From Patescibacteria group bacterium (GTDB lineage Bacteria > Patescibacteriota > Patescibacteriia > 2-01-FULL-39-33), in the NCBI GenBank assembly GCA_041662745.1, contig JBAZRV010000002.1, forward strand, positions 180,001-212,000: a stretch of 32,000 nucleotides of DNA. The letters run 5' to 3'. Below the pieces are notes generated by a model. The model was given only the letters and a program-made list of their open reading frames with translations, was not told the origin of the DNA and did no database searches. The position numbers were made by a program, and so were the translations under genes. Positions 8,125-16,667 of this stretch are shown piece by piece (within the stretch, counting starts at the first letter, position 1; each line of letters begins with the position of its first letter).

Positions 8125-9012
8125 ATGCCCTCCATTCATGAACCGGTCTTGCTTAAGGAAGTCTTGCGCTATCTTAATCCTCAACCGGGCGACAATTTCA
8201 TTGATTGCACCTTCGGCGGCGGCGGGCACTCCCTGGCGATTTTGGAACTGGTCAAGCCTGAGGGCAAGGTGCTGGGGATTGACTGGGATGCTGAAGCGAT
8301 TCAAGACAGCGCCAACAATAATCTTATCCTGGTTAACGATAATTACCGCAACTTAAAAAAGATAATCGGCGGACTTCCGGATTTCGGGCCGATTAACGGC
8401 ATCTTGCTGGATTTGGGCCTTTCTTCCGATCAGCTGGCCGCTGACGAACGCGGTTTCAGCTTCCAGTCAACGGGCGCGCTGGACTTGCGCTTTAACCAAG
8501 CAACCGGCCAAAGCGCCGCCGAGCTGATTAATGCTTCAAACGAAGCGGAGCTGATCAAGATTTTTACCGATTACGGCGAAGAACCGCTGGCCAAGCCGAT
8601 TGCGCGCGCGATAATCGCCGCGCGTCAGCAGGGCCGGAAAATAGAAACGGCGGAGGAATTGGCTGAAATAGTCTCCGATATTTATCAGAAGAAGTTCAAG
8701 ACGCCGTCCAGGAAGCATCCGGCTACGAGAGTTTTTCAGGCCTTGCGCATAGCGGTCAATGATGAATTCGGCAATATCGCCACCACCCTGCCTCAAGCCA
8801 TTGATCTGTTAGCGCCGGGCGGACGATTGGCGGTTATCTCTTTCCACTCCGGCGAAGATCGGTTAGTCAAAAGATTCTTTAAGGACATGGCCGGCAGCGA
8901 AGCGCCTCGGATAAAACTCATCACCAAGAAGCCGGTAGAAGCCGGAGCCGAAGAAACGGCCGCCAATCCGCGCAGCCGTTCCGCCAAACTAAGAGTCATA
9001 GAAAAAAATTAA
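8125..9012 (+). CDS. rsmH: 16S rRNA (cytosine1402-N4)-methyltransferase RsmH/MraW
   Basis: HEPVLLKEVL...DCTFGGGGHS...LLDLGLSSDQL...RGFSF...HPATRVFQALRIAVNDE...ISFHSGEDRLVK...ANPRSRSAKLRV are all canonical RsmH motifs. Confidence 0.94.
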   Translation: MPSIHEPVLLKEVLRYLNPQPGDNFIDCTFGGGGHSLAILELVKPEGKVLGIDWDAEAIQDSANNNLILVNDNYRNLKKIIGGLPDFGPINGILLDLGLSSDQLAADERGFSFQSTGALDLRFNQATGQSAAELINASNEAELIKIFTDYGEEPLAKPIARAIIAARQQGRKIETAEELAEIVSDIYQKKFKTPSRKHPATRVFQALRIAVNDEFGNIATTLPQAIDLLAPGGRLAVISFHSGEDRLVKRFFKDMAGSEAPRIKLITKKPVEAGAEETAANPRSRSAKLRVIEKN

Positions 9013-9029
9013 TTATAAAATATAATCCT

Positions 9030-9404
9030 ATGTGCAAATTTTGGAAAAAAGAAAAATGCAATCATCATTTCCAGGAGCTTAAAACCAAAATTAGCTGGCG
9101 TTTGCAGGTTTGGAACGGTCTGACCAAAAGACGCTCATTAATAGGAATAGGCATCGTAGTCGCCGTTTTGGGTATTGTTTATCTGACCCAAACCAATCTG
9201 ACCGCCACCATCGGTTATCAAATTAAGGATTTGGAAAACGGCATCGCCAAACTGCAATCGGAAAACGGCCGCTTGACCATTAATTATCTGAAATTGCAGT
9301 CCATGGATCAGATCACCGCTTCCGCCGCCGATCTCAATCTGATTCCGGCCGGCAGTCCGGAAATCGTCATGATAAGAACTTCTAACCAGATAGCTAAGCG
9401 TTAG
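9030..9404 (+). CDS. FtsL-like cell division protein (single TM plus coiled coil)
   Basis: It sits between rsmH and ftsI. It has one TM helix (LIGIGIVVAVLGIVYL) followed by a heptad-like region (IKDLENGIAKLQSENGRLTINYLKLQS). The assignment rests mainly on position and topology, and the start codon is uncertain. Confidence 0.5.
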   Translation: MCKFWKKEKCNHHFQELKTKISWRLQVWNGLTKRRSLIGIGIVVAVLGIVYLTQTNLTATIGYQIKDLENGIAKLQSENGRLTINYLKLQSMDQITASAADLNLIPAGSPEIVMIRTSNQIAKR

Positions 9405-9426
9405 CCCGTTACGGTATCCGACGGAT

Positions 9427-11283
9427 ATGACAGTTTATCAACGACCCAAAACCAAAGTTTCTGACAACCGCGGACGTATTACCGTACTGTCGGTTGTTTT
9501 TTTAATTATCGGCGCCATACTGATCGGCAGGTTGTTTGATGTGCAAATCCTGCGCGGTGCTTTTTATGCCGCGCTCGCCGCCGATCAGCATGAAATTTAT
9601 AAAAAATTATTTCCCGAACGCGGTTCCATTTTGGTGCAAGAAAAAGCCGGCGATAAGACCGTTTCCTATCCCTTAGTCACTAATCGTACGATGCATGTCG
9701 TTTACGCCATACCCAAAGAAATAGTTGATGCCACCACGACGGCGGAAAAGTTGCTTGAAGTCTTGGGTTTGAGCGAAGAAGATCGGCAAGCAGCCGAAGA
9801 TTTGGCCGAACGCCTGCGCGGCAACGCCACCTCCACTGATTTTTTGGAGCTGGACAAGTATGCCGGGCAAACGATCAGGGATGCGACCAAGAGCGAACTG
9901 ATTAATGTTTTTAACCAAAAAGAGAAATCGTATTTTTTGGTGCGAGAGCGTTTGGAAGACAGCGCCTTTGAAATATTGAAGGGACTACAGCTTAAGGGTG
10001 TCGGTTTCAATGATAAGAGCTATCGTTTTTATACGGAAAAATCCCTGGGCGGGCAGTTATTCGGCTTCTTGGGTTATGACGGAAACGATCGCAGCGGCAA
10101 ATACGGTTTAGAAGGATATTATGATCAGTTGCTGGCCGGCCGAGCCGGTGAAATTTTTTCCGAACAGGACGTTCTGGGCAATGTCATCGCTTTGGGCAAG
10201 AATTATCTAAAGGAAAAGGTGGATGGCGCCAATCTGGTTTTGACCATTAACCGCCCTCTGCAATACCAAGCTTGCCAGTCATTGAAAAAATCTTTGGATC
10301 AGCATAAATCAAAAAGTGGCTCGGTTATCGTGATGGAGCCGTCCAGCGGAAAGATTTTAGCCATGTGCAGTTTTCCCGATTATGATCCGAATGAATACAA
10401 TAAAGTTGAAGACGCCTCGGTGTATAACGTTAAAGCAATCAACGACGCTTACGAACCCGGCTCTATTTTTAAGGCCGTTACCATGGCCGCAGCCATTGAT
10501 TCCGGCGCCGTTCTGCCGTCAACAACCTATACGGACACGGGCGTAGTGGATTATACCGATTACAAAATCAGGAATTTTGAAAATAAATCATACGGCCTGT
10601 CCACCATGACTAACGTTTTGGAGTATTCCATCAATACCGGCGTGATCTTCGCCATGCGTCAGATGACAACCAAGGTTTTCACCCAATATGTCAAAACTTT
10701 CGGTTTCGGCGATTTTACCGGCATTGATCTGTTTAAAGAAACTACCGGCAACATTTCCAACTTGAGCCGCAAGGGGGAAATCAATACGGCCACGGCCACT
10801 TTCGGCCAAGGCATCAGCGTGACGCCCATTCAGATGCTTACCGCTTTTTCAGCCATCATAAACGGCGGCAAGCTGATGAAGCCGTATGTGGTGGATCAGA
10901 TAATCATTGACGGCCAAATCAAACAAATCCAACCGCAAGAAATCAAACAAGTGATTTCGCCCAAAACCTCGCTTCTGATGAAGGGCATGCTGGTGTCGGT
11001 GGTGGAAAACGGCCACGCCAAGAAAGCGCAGATTCCCGGTTGGCGCGTAGGCGGAAAAACCGGTACGGCGCAAGTGCCGGATATGCGCGGCGGGTATAAA
11101 TCGGATGACAGCATTATCGGTTCGTTTGTCGGCTTTGCGCCGTTTGAAAATCCGCGCCTGGCTGTTTTTGTCCGCGTGGACGAGCCGATTGAAGGCCGGC
11201 TGGGCGAGACGGTGGCGGCGCCGGTTTTCACGGAGGTTGCCAAATTCGCTCTGGAGTATTATAATGTACCACACGACAAGTAG
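9427..11283 (+). CDS. ftsI: Class B penicillin-binding protein (FtsI/PBP2-type transpeptidase)
   Basis: N-terminal TM anchor, PBP dimerisation region, and transpeptidase motifs SxxK (PGSIFK), SxN (YSINTG) and KTG (GGKTGTAQ). It has the dcw-cluster position. Confidence 0.87.
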   Translation: MTVYQRPKTKVSDNRGRITVLSVVFLIIGAILIGRLFDVQILRGAFYAALAADQHEIYKKLFPERGSILVQEKAGDKTVSYPLVTNRTMHVVYAIPKEIVDATTTAEKLLEVLGLSEEDRQAAEDLAERLRGNATSTDFLELDKYAGQTIRDATKSELINVFNQKEKSYFLVRERLEDSAFEILKGLQLKGVGFNDKSYRFYTEKSLGGQLFGFLGYDGNDRSGKYGLEGYYDQLLAGRAGEIFSEQDVLGNVIALGKNYLKEKVDGANLVLTINRPLQYQACQSLKKSLDQHKSKSGSVIVMEPSSGKILAMCSFPDYDPNEYNKVEDASVYNVKAINDAYEPGSIFKAVTMAAAIDSGAVLPSTTYTDTGVVDYTDYKIRNFENKSYGLSTMTNVLEYSINTGVIFAMRQMTTKVFTQYVKTFGFGDFTGIDLFKETTGNISNLSRKGEINTATATFGQGISVTPIQMLTAFSAIINGGKLMKPYVVDQIIIDGQIKQIQPQEIKQVISPKTSLLMKGMLVSVVENGHAKKAQIPGWRVGGKTGTAQVPDMRGGYKSDDSIIGSFVGFAPFENPRLAVFVRVDEPIEGRLGETVAAPVFTEVAKFALEYYNVPHDK

Positions 11284-11353
11284 GCCCTGAAGCCTCGCCC
11301 GCAGCCCCTAATAAGTGTTGATTCAAAGCTAAGTTACAGCTACTGCTTAAATT

Positions 11354-12640
11354 ATGAAATCATTTTTGAAAAAAATTTTACAAAAAATATTATTTGTTTT
11401 GGCGCAAGCCGTTTTGAACAAATACGAGCCGAAAGTTATCGGCGTAACCGGTTCCATCGGCAAGTCTTCAACCAAAGAAGCGATTTTTACCGTGCTCAAA
11501 GACAAATTCCGCGTCCGGCAAAATATCAAGAATTATAATAATGAAATCGGTTTGCCGCTGACGATTTTGGGCGAATTGTCGCCGGGCGGCAGTTTGTCGG
11601 GCTGGTTAAAGCTGTTTTTCAATGCTGTAAAATTATGGGTGATTGACGATAAAACCTACCCCGAGGTATTGATTTTGGAAATGGGAGTTGATCGGCCCGG
11701 CGATATGGCTTATTTGGTCAAGCTGGCAAAACCGGATATCGGCGTCATTACCAATATCGGTCCGGTGCATTTGGAGTATTTTAAAACCATAGAAAATATC
11801 GCGCAGGAAAAGGGGATATTGGTGGAGCGGTTGCGCGCCGGAGGTTGGGGGGTTTTGAATGCCGATAACGAGTACACGGCCAAATTGAAAAACAATGTCA
11901 AAGGCAGATTTTTGACCTACGGTTTCAACTCTGAAGCGTCAGTACGGGCCCATGATGTTACCCTGTTAAGCCAAAAAAATGATTTGCAGGGCGTTAGCTT
12001 CAAACTGTCTTACGATGGCAAGGTGGTGCCGGTGTTTTTGCCCGAGGTTTTGGGCGAACATTTGATTTATGGCGCTTTGGCCGCCGTCTCGGTAGGCATA
12101 ATCATGAATTTGAACCTGGTGGAAATAACCGAGGCATTGCAAGGCTTTCGGGCGCCGTCCGGACGGATGCGGCTGATTGAGGGCGTTAGGGATTCGCTTA
12201 TTATTGACGATACTTATAACGCCAGCCCCGAACCGACGGTTGCGGCGGTCCAGGTGCTTAGCAAGTTGCCGGCTAACGGAAGAAAAATCGCGGTACTGGG
12301 CGATATGCTGGAGTTGGGTGATTTTGAAGACAAAGGCCATCGCTTAGTCGGCCGGACTGTGGCGCAAGAGGGGATTGATCTGTTGGTTGCGGTGGGCGAT
12401 CGCGCCAAAATCATCGCTGAGGCGGCGGTGGAAGCCGGATTTGATAAAAAACATGTGGTCAGGTTTGTTGACAGCGAAGAAGCGGGCGAGTATCTGTTAA
12501 AAGAACTTAATGCCGGCGATTTGGTCTTGATTAAGGGCTCGCAAGGCATGCGTATGGAAAAAGCGGTCAAGATAATCTTAGCTGACTTGTCTTTGGCTAA
12601 AGAATTATTGGTCCGGCAGGATGACAGTTGGTTGAAATAA
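11354..12640 (+). CDS. murF: UDP-N-acetylmuramoyl-tripeptide--D-alanyl-D-alanine ligase
   Basis: VIGVTGSIGKSSTKEAI (P-loop), NYNNEIGLPLTIL (MurF-specific), DDTYNASP and the C-terminal ...LIKGSQGMRMEK. Confidence 0.87.
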   Translation: MKSFLKKILQKILFVLAQAVLNKYEPKVIGVTGSIGKSSTKEAIFTVLKDKFRVRQNIKNYNNEIGLPLTILGELSPGGSLSGWLKLFFNAVKLWVIDDKTYPEVLILEMGVDRPGDMAYLVKLAKPDIGVITNIGPVHLEYFKTIENIAQEKGILVERLRAGGWGVLNADNEYTAKLKNNVKGRFLTYGFNSEASVRAHDVTLLSQKNDLQGVSFKLSYDGKVVPVFLPEVLGEHLIYGALAAVSVGIIMNLNLVEITEALQGFRAPSGRMRLIEGVRDSLIIDDTYNASPEPTVAAVQVLSKLPANGRKIAVLGDMLELGDFEDKGHRLVGRTVAQEGIDLLVAVGDRAKIIAEAAVEAGFDKKHVVRFVDSEEAGEYLLKELNAGDLVLIKGSQGMRMEKAVKIILADLSLAKELLVRQDDSWLK

Positions 12641-12686
12641 TTCAGACGCATGCAAAGCGCCGGAATAATACGGCTAATAGAAAATT

Positions 12687-13460
12687 ATGAGGAATTTAAC
12701 ACGTGCACCAATTGATTTTATTAAACTGGAAAGTTCAGAGATGCCGTTTAACCCGAAACTGAATATTTTTAATGAAAGAGGTTTTGGCACGATACCGGAA
12801 GATGAACCCGATTCTGATTCAGTCGTGAGGCTTTTGCCTGGTTGGGATAGGGATCGGGATAATTATTTTGAATTGGCAGATCTCAAGGACAATCTTAGCG
12901 AAGCTCAGAAGGTTTTCCAACAATTAAGGGATGATTACCATATCAGGATTATTCCGTTTAAGTTTGCAATCGGCAAAGACAGTGAGGGTAAATTGGCCGC
13001 TTATGTTATCGCTAAAAAAGCGGAAGGCATTAACCTGGATTCCTTGAGCAAGGAGGACCTTTCCCCTATAGAAGCGGAAACTTTAAGGCAAGACTTGATA
13101 GAAACATGGTCGGGATTAATTGATTATTATTTTGACTGCCTATCTTCTGATCAAGAATTATTTTGGGATGTTTTTCCGGCCAAACAATACGTCTATGGGC
13201 GTGTGGGCAAAGAAGAAGAAAAACACCCCTATATGATTGATATTGAAATTCGCATTACTAGGGGGCAACAGTATTTGTTCCGGCTGGCGTTAAGCTGTTT
13301 GGCTGAGGACCCTGAAGCAATTGGGGACAGTTTAAGTATGGATTTAAGCCCGATAAAGGAAAAGCTCAAGTTAAAAATTTCTGAATTTCTGAAGCAGCCT
13401 AATCTGGTGGCGGATGCGAGTTTGAAGAATAATATGCGGGATTATTTGAATGCGTTATAA
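12687..13460 (+). CDS. Hypothetical protein; weak resemblance to a protein-kinase-like/APH fold
   Basis: LAAYVIAKKAEG (a possible VAIK-like Lys strand) and FWDVFPAKQYVYG...PYMIDIE resemble the HGDxHPGN...IDxE catalytic/activation segments, with Asn replaced. The call is motif-level only. The gene has lower GC than the dcw genes, and its start is uncertain. Confidence 0.4.
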   Translation: MRNLTRAPIDFIKLESSEMPFNPKLNIFNERGFGTIPEDEPDSDSVVRLLPGWDRDRDNYFELADLKDNLSEAQKVFQQLRDDYHIRIIPFKFAIGKDSEGKLAAYVIAKKAEGINLDSLSKEDLSPIEAETLRQDLIETWSGLIDYYFDCLSSDQELFWDVFPAKQYVYGRVGKEEEKHPYMIDIEIRITRGQQYLFRLALSCLAEDPEAIGDSLSMDLSPIKEKLKLKISEFLKQPNLVADASLKNNMRDYLNAL

Positions 13461-13524
13461 AAGCTATGCGAATTGCCATAATACCCTGCAGTTTAAAGCG
13501 AAAGTTTATCGGAGTTTACCGCTG

Positions 13525-13553
13525 TTGACAAAATATTTTCAGTATGGTAATAT
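13525..13553 (+). promoter_or_regulatory. Consensus sigma70 promoter with extended -10
   Basis: TTGACA (13525-13530), 17 nt, TGgTAATAT (13545-13553). It is followed by a roughly 75-nt leader and AAGGAGG (13621-13627), 6 nt before the ATG at 13634. Confidence 0.6.
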
Positions 13554-13633
13554 GAGCTGTCAGTCAGCCGTCCATTAAAACCAATTAACATAAACGATGT
13601 AAAAAGACCGGGCTAAGCTCAAGGAGGCAAATA

Positions 13634-14080
13634 ATGCCTGAAAAACAAGTAATACCTAAACAAACCATTTTTGATTTGATGGATTTGCAGGATCTTTCTG
13701 GTTGGCATTTAGTCAGATGTTATGAAGTCCTTGGCAATATTGGCGAACCTTCATCATGCTTGGCATGCGATTTTGATTCTCGGGGATTTTATAATGATCC
13801 GATTTTGGCTTCAATCGCCAGTTATGGCATCGGCTGGTGGGGCGGCGATGGGGTTGTCAGGGAGGTCCTTGTTTTGACTCAAGATGACCGGAAGGGCTTT
13901 ATTCCGAATACTGCAAACCTTGTGTGGTTCCATAGGAAGAGTCCTGTTTTCTGCAGTTGTCCCGCCTTGATAGAAATTTATTCAGAGGAAAAGATATCGC
14001 GATTGCGCGATCATCTAATGAAGCATGATTACCTTAAATGTAAACTAACACCACGGGAGAAAGAGTTGTTGGACTTGTAG
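13634..14080 (+). CDS. Hypothetical Cys-containing protein (148 aa)
   Basis: It has a strong SD and its own consensus promoter. I recognise no family motif. Confidence 0.55.
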   Translation: MPEKQVIPKQTIFDLMDLQDLSGWHLVRCYEVLGNIGEPSSCLACDFDSRGFYNDPILASIASYGIGWWGGDGVVREVLVLTQDDRKGFIPNTANLVWFHRKSPVFCSCPALIEIYSEEKISRLRDHLMKHDYLKCKLTPREKELLDL

Positions 14081-14110
14081 GGATAATTATTATCCGATAT
14101 GTTGTACATT

Positions 14111-14146
14111 AAAACGCCTCTCGGGCAAGCCGTGAAGCGTTTTTTA
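14111..14146. terminator. Intrinsic terminator between convergent genes
   Basis: Stem aaaacgcctc (14111-14120) / gaagcgtttt (14134-14143) with one mismatch, and a T-run at 14140-14145. An A-run on the other side allows use from both strands. Confidence 0.5.
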
Positions 14147-14172
14147 TTTGATTTGCTGCGTTGTTTTTCTGT

Positions 14173-14469
14173 TTATTTGCCCAGGCCCGGGATATTGAGT
14201 CCGCCCATTTGCGACATCTTATTGGCCATGACGCGCTGGACTTTTTTGACGGCATCATTAACCGCTTCTTTGACGGCTGATTCTAACTTGGCTTTGTCGC
14301 CGACGATTTCCTGGTCAATAACGACAGCTTTGACTTCCTGATTGCCATCCATGGAAATTTTCACTTTGCCCCAGCCACCTTGGCCTTCAATCGTTTCTTC
14401 GGCCAAGGCTTTTTTAATGGTATTGGCTTGATTCTTTAAATCTTGAATCGCTTTGATTTTTGAGAACAT
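14173..14469 (-). CDS. ybaB: Nucleoid-associated protein YbaB/EbfC
   Basis: MFSKIKAIQDLKNQANTIKKALAEETIEGQGGWGKVKISMDGNQEVKAVVIDQEIV...DKAKLESAVKEAVNDAVKKVQ is the typical YbaB pattern. I chose the ATG at 14469. Confidence 0.85.
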   Translation of the reverse strand: MFSKIKAIQDLKNQANTIKKALAEETIEGQGGWGKVKISMDGNQEVKAVVIDQEIVGDKAKLESAVKEAVNDAVKKVQRVMANKMSQMGGLNIPGLGK

Positions 14470-14574
14470 ATAGTTTTGATTAAGAGTCAAAAGCCATTAA
14501 AGTCAAGGGTTTTAAATTTATCGGATCCGCCTGTCGGAACAGGCCTTTGACTTTGCAGGCTTTCTGGCCGGTTA

Positions 14575-15954
14575 TTAATTATAGCTTCTGTCTAAATTTT
14601 TAAATGATACGGTATTGCCTTCAAAATAAAGGTGCACCAGACCGGTGGGGCCGTTTCTGTGTTTGGCGACATGGATTTCCGCCGAATGCTTTTCTTCTTC
14701 GGTTAAGGAATTAACATCAAAATTCCTGTCGGAGGCCTTGCGGTAAATAAACATAACCACATCGGCATCCTGCTCAATGGAACCGGATTCGCGCAGGTGG
14801 GACAGCTTGGGGATGGCCGGCTTGTTCATTTCCACAGCGCGGGACAGCTGGGAGAGCGCCAGGACGGGAATGTTAAGTTCGCGCGCCAAACCTTTAAGGG
14901 CGCGGGAGATTTCGGCGATTTCCTGTACGCGGCTTTCCGATGATTGGCGGCTGCCCGAACCTTCCATTAGTTGCAAATAATCCAAAATAATCAAGTCCAG
15001 TCCGTGTTCAATCTGCAGGCGTCGCGCCTTGGTGCGGAGTTCCATGACATTGGTGTTGGCAAAGTCGTCAATAAAAATATTGCTTTCCGACAGCTCGCTC
15101 ATGGCGTGGCCGATGCGGGGAAAATCTTCGCCGGCTTCGGACAGGCGTCCGGTGCGCATTTTCCACATATCCACTCCCGCCTCACCAGAAATCAAACGAT
15201 CAACTAATTGTTCCTTGGACATTTCCAGCGAGAAGATGCCTACGGATTTTTTGTGGCGGATGGCGGCGTTGCGGGCGATATCCAGGGCTAAAGCGGTTTT
15301 GCCGACTGAGGGGCGGGCGGCCAAGATGACTAAATCGGATCTCTGCAACCCTCCCAGGACATTATCCATTTCAGTAAAGCCGGTGGGCAAGCCGCGCAGT
15401 TTGCCTTTCTCGCGATGCAATTCGTCAATGCGATCAAAGGCGCCGGTCAGAACGTCCTTGATGTGAGTGAATTTTTCTTTTAAGAATTTTTGCGATACCG
15501 CAAAAACCGATTGCTCGGATTTATCCAGGATTTCATTGACTTCCTTGTCTTCCTGATAGCCCAAATCCAAAATATTGGAAGCGGCGGCAATCAATCGGCG
15601 CAGGGTGGCTTTTTTCTGGATAATCTGCGCATAAGATACGACATGCGCCGCTGAAGGCACTTGGTTGGTCAGGGTAACCAGATAACTGCGTCCGCCGACC
15701 AGATCGATTTTTCCCAATTCGTTCAGCCGGGAGCTTAAGCCCAAGATGTCAATCGGATCTTTACGCTCAAACAATTCCAGGATAACCGAATAAATAATGC
15801 CGTGCGCCGTCTGATAAAAATCCTCGGCGGTGATGATGTCGGCGATTTTGATGATGGCATCCTTGTCAATCAATAAAGCGCCCAGAAGCGATTGTTCGGC
15901 TTCCAGGTTTTGCGGCGGCAGTTTGCGCAAGGAATTGTCTGACATATTCGTCAC
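14575..15954 (-). CDS. dnaB: Replicative DNA helicase DnaB
   Basis: PPQNLEAEQSLLGALL (N-terminal domain), Walker A ARPSVGKTALAL, Walker B LIILDYLQLM, then SRALKGLARELNIPVLALSQLSR and IEQDADVV. Confidence 0.96.
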   Translation of the reverse strand: MTNMSDNSLRKLPPQNLEAEQSLLGALLIDKDAIIKIADIITAEDFYQTAHGIIYSVILELFERKDPIDILGLSSRLNELGKIDLVGGRSYLVTLTNQVPSAAHVVSYAQIIQKKATLRRLIAAASNILDLGYQEDKEVNEILDKSEQSVFAVSQKFLKEKFTHIKDVLTGAFDRIDELHREKGKLRGLPTGFTEMDNVLGGLQRSDLVILAARPSVGKTALALDIARNAAIRHKKSVGIFSLEMSKEQLVDRLISGEAGVDMWKMRTGRLSEAGEDFPRIGHAMSELSESNIFIDDFANTNVMELRTKARRLQIEHGLDLIILDYLQLMEGSGSRQSSESRVQEIAEISRALKGLARELNIPVLALSQLSRAVEMNKPAIPKLSHLRESGSIEQDADVVMFIYRKASDRNFDVNSLTEEEKHSAEIHVAKHRNGPTGLVHLYFEGNTVSFKNLDRSYN

Positions 15955-15979
15955 CTTTTAGGGTATTCAAGTCCCTTAC

Positions 15980-16008
15980 ATTTTACCTTAATTGTCCCGC
16001 CTTGGCAA
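15980..16008 (-). promoter_or_regulatory. Candidate dnaB promoter
   Basis: On the minus strand: TTGCCA (16008-16003), 17 nt, TAAAAT (15985-15980). A TTATGCACA box with one mismatch to the DnaA box lies at 16038-16046. Confidence 0.4.
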
Positions 16009-16197
16009 ACCACCGGTTTTAGAGAGTTTTGGACAGTTTATGCACACGCCAAAGGGTATAACTTTATCGGATTGGGGGCTTGTTTTTTTTGTATGCCGGT
16101 AAACCCCGTACGGCGTTCGGACTTGGGGCTTCATTGGCGCAGGGTTTATTGTTTTGTCAAGAGCAATGTTTACTTTGATTTATTTCTCTATGGGTAC

Positions 16198-16226
16198 TTG
16201 CCAAAAGAAAAATTTTACTGTATAAT
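16198..16226 (+). promoter_or_regulatory. Candidate tRNA-Lys promoter
   Basis: TTGCCA (16198-16203), 17 nt, TATAAT (16221-16226), about 70 nt upstream of the tRNA. Confidence 0.45.
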
Positions 16227-16296
16227 ATTAAATAGTTTCATAAAATGTCTTAATTTGCGTTTGGGACAAGCAAAACAATTGAATGTCAAATATTAC

Positions 16297-16372
16297 GCGC
16301 CTATAGCTCAGTCGGTAGAGCAACAGCCTTTTAAGCTGATGGTCGCTGGTTCGAGTCCAGCTGGGCGCACCA
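16297..16372 (+). tRNA. tRNA-Lys (anticodon UUU), CCA encoded
   Basis: It folds by hand into a cloverleaf. Acceptor gcgccta/tgggcgc has one G-U pair. D arm is gctc-agtcggta-gagc. Anticodon loop cTTTTaa gives UUU. T arm is gctgg-ttcgagt-ccagc. Discriminator is A, followed by CCA. Total length 76 nt. Confidence 0.93.
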
Positions 16373-16386
16373 GAAAGGAATAGTCA
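16367..16386 (+). repeat. Direct repeat copy 1 (tRNA-Lys 3' end plus 14 nt), candidate attL
   Basis: gcaccagaaaggaatagtca is identical to 18430-18449. Confidence 0.85.
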
Positions 16387-16513
16387 AATTTTTCCGCTTC
16401 CCGTCGCCGATTTCGGCGACCAAATCATACGGAATTTCATAATCAAAATGCAATTGGCGGTTTTGTCTGAATATTAATTCAGGTAAAAGAAAATTTTTAT
16501 GTTTATTTGACTG

Positions 16514-16541
16514 CAGAAATTATCATGATTTCTGTTTTTTT
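16514..16541 (+). terminator. Intrinsic terminator downstream of tRNA-Lys
   Basis: A 7-bp stem, cagaaat (16514-16520) / atttctg (16528-16534), with a 7-nt loop and seven T residues (16535-16541). Confidence 0.7.
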
Positions 16542-16562
16542 GTTCTATTTTGGTGCATATGA

Positions 16563-16591
16563 TTGACATTTTGGTTGATATTTGCTAAAAT
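16563..16591 (+). promoter_or_regulatory. Consensus sigma70 promoter with extended -10 for the 495-aa gene
   Basis: TTGACA (16563-16568), 17 nt, TGcTAAAAT (16583-16591). It is followed by a roughly 70-nt leader and AGGAG (16657-16661), 6 nt before the ATG at 16668. Confidence 0.6.
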
Positions 16592-16667
16592 TTGGTATTC
16601 CCAATGTGAGGGATGTTCTTTGAAATGCCTAGTGCTATCAGCATAACTCAAACGAAAGGAGAGTTTT

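Noticed and set aside
10849-12651. Several minus-strand ORFs (141, 115, 124 and 145 aa) overlapping ftsI and murF
   Set aside because: They are antisense to genes with canonical PBP and MurF motifs. They are Arg/Ser/Pro-rich shadow translations.
13525-13539. Identical 15-mer ttgacaaaatatttt shared by the promoter at 13525 and the minus-strand promoter at 23143-23129, as a possible shared regulatory module
   Set aside because: A 15-nt match between any two positions in 32 kb is expected about once by chance (about 10^9 strand-aware position pairs versus 4^15). Six of the 15 nt are the -35 consensus and the rest is AT-rich. This is not significant on its own.
14099-14341. Plus-strand 80-aa ORF
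   Set aside because: It is antisense to ybaB, which has a clear family signature, and it also overlaps the terminator.
14777-15466. Plus-strand ORFs (67, 78 and 145 aa) inside dnaB
   Set aside because: They are antisense shadows of dnaB.
16072-16383. 103-aa plus-strand ORF
   Set aside because: It runs through promoter DNA and reads straight across the tRNA-Lys gene, so it is an artefact.
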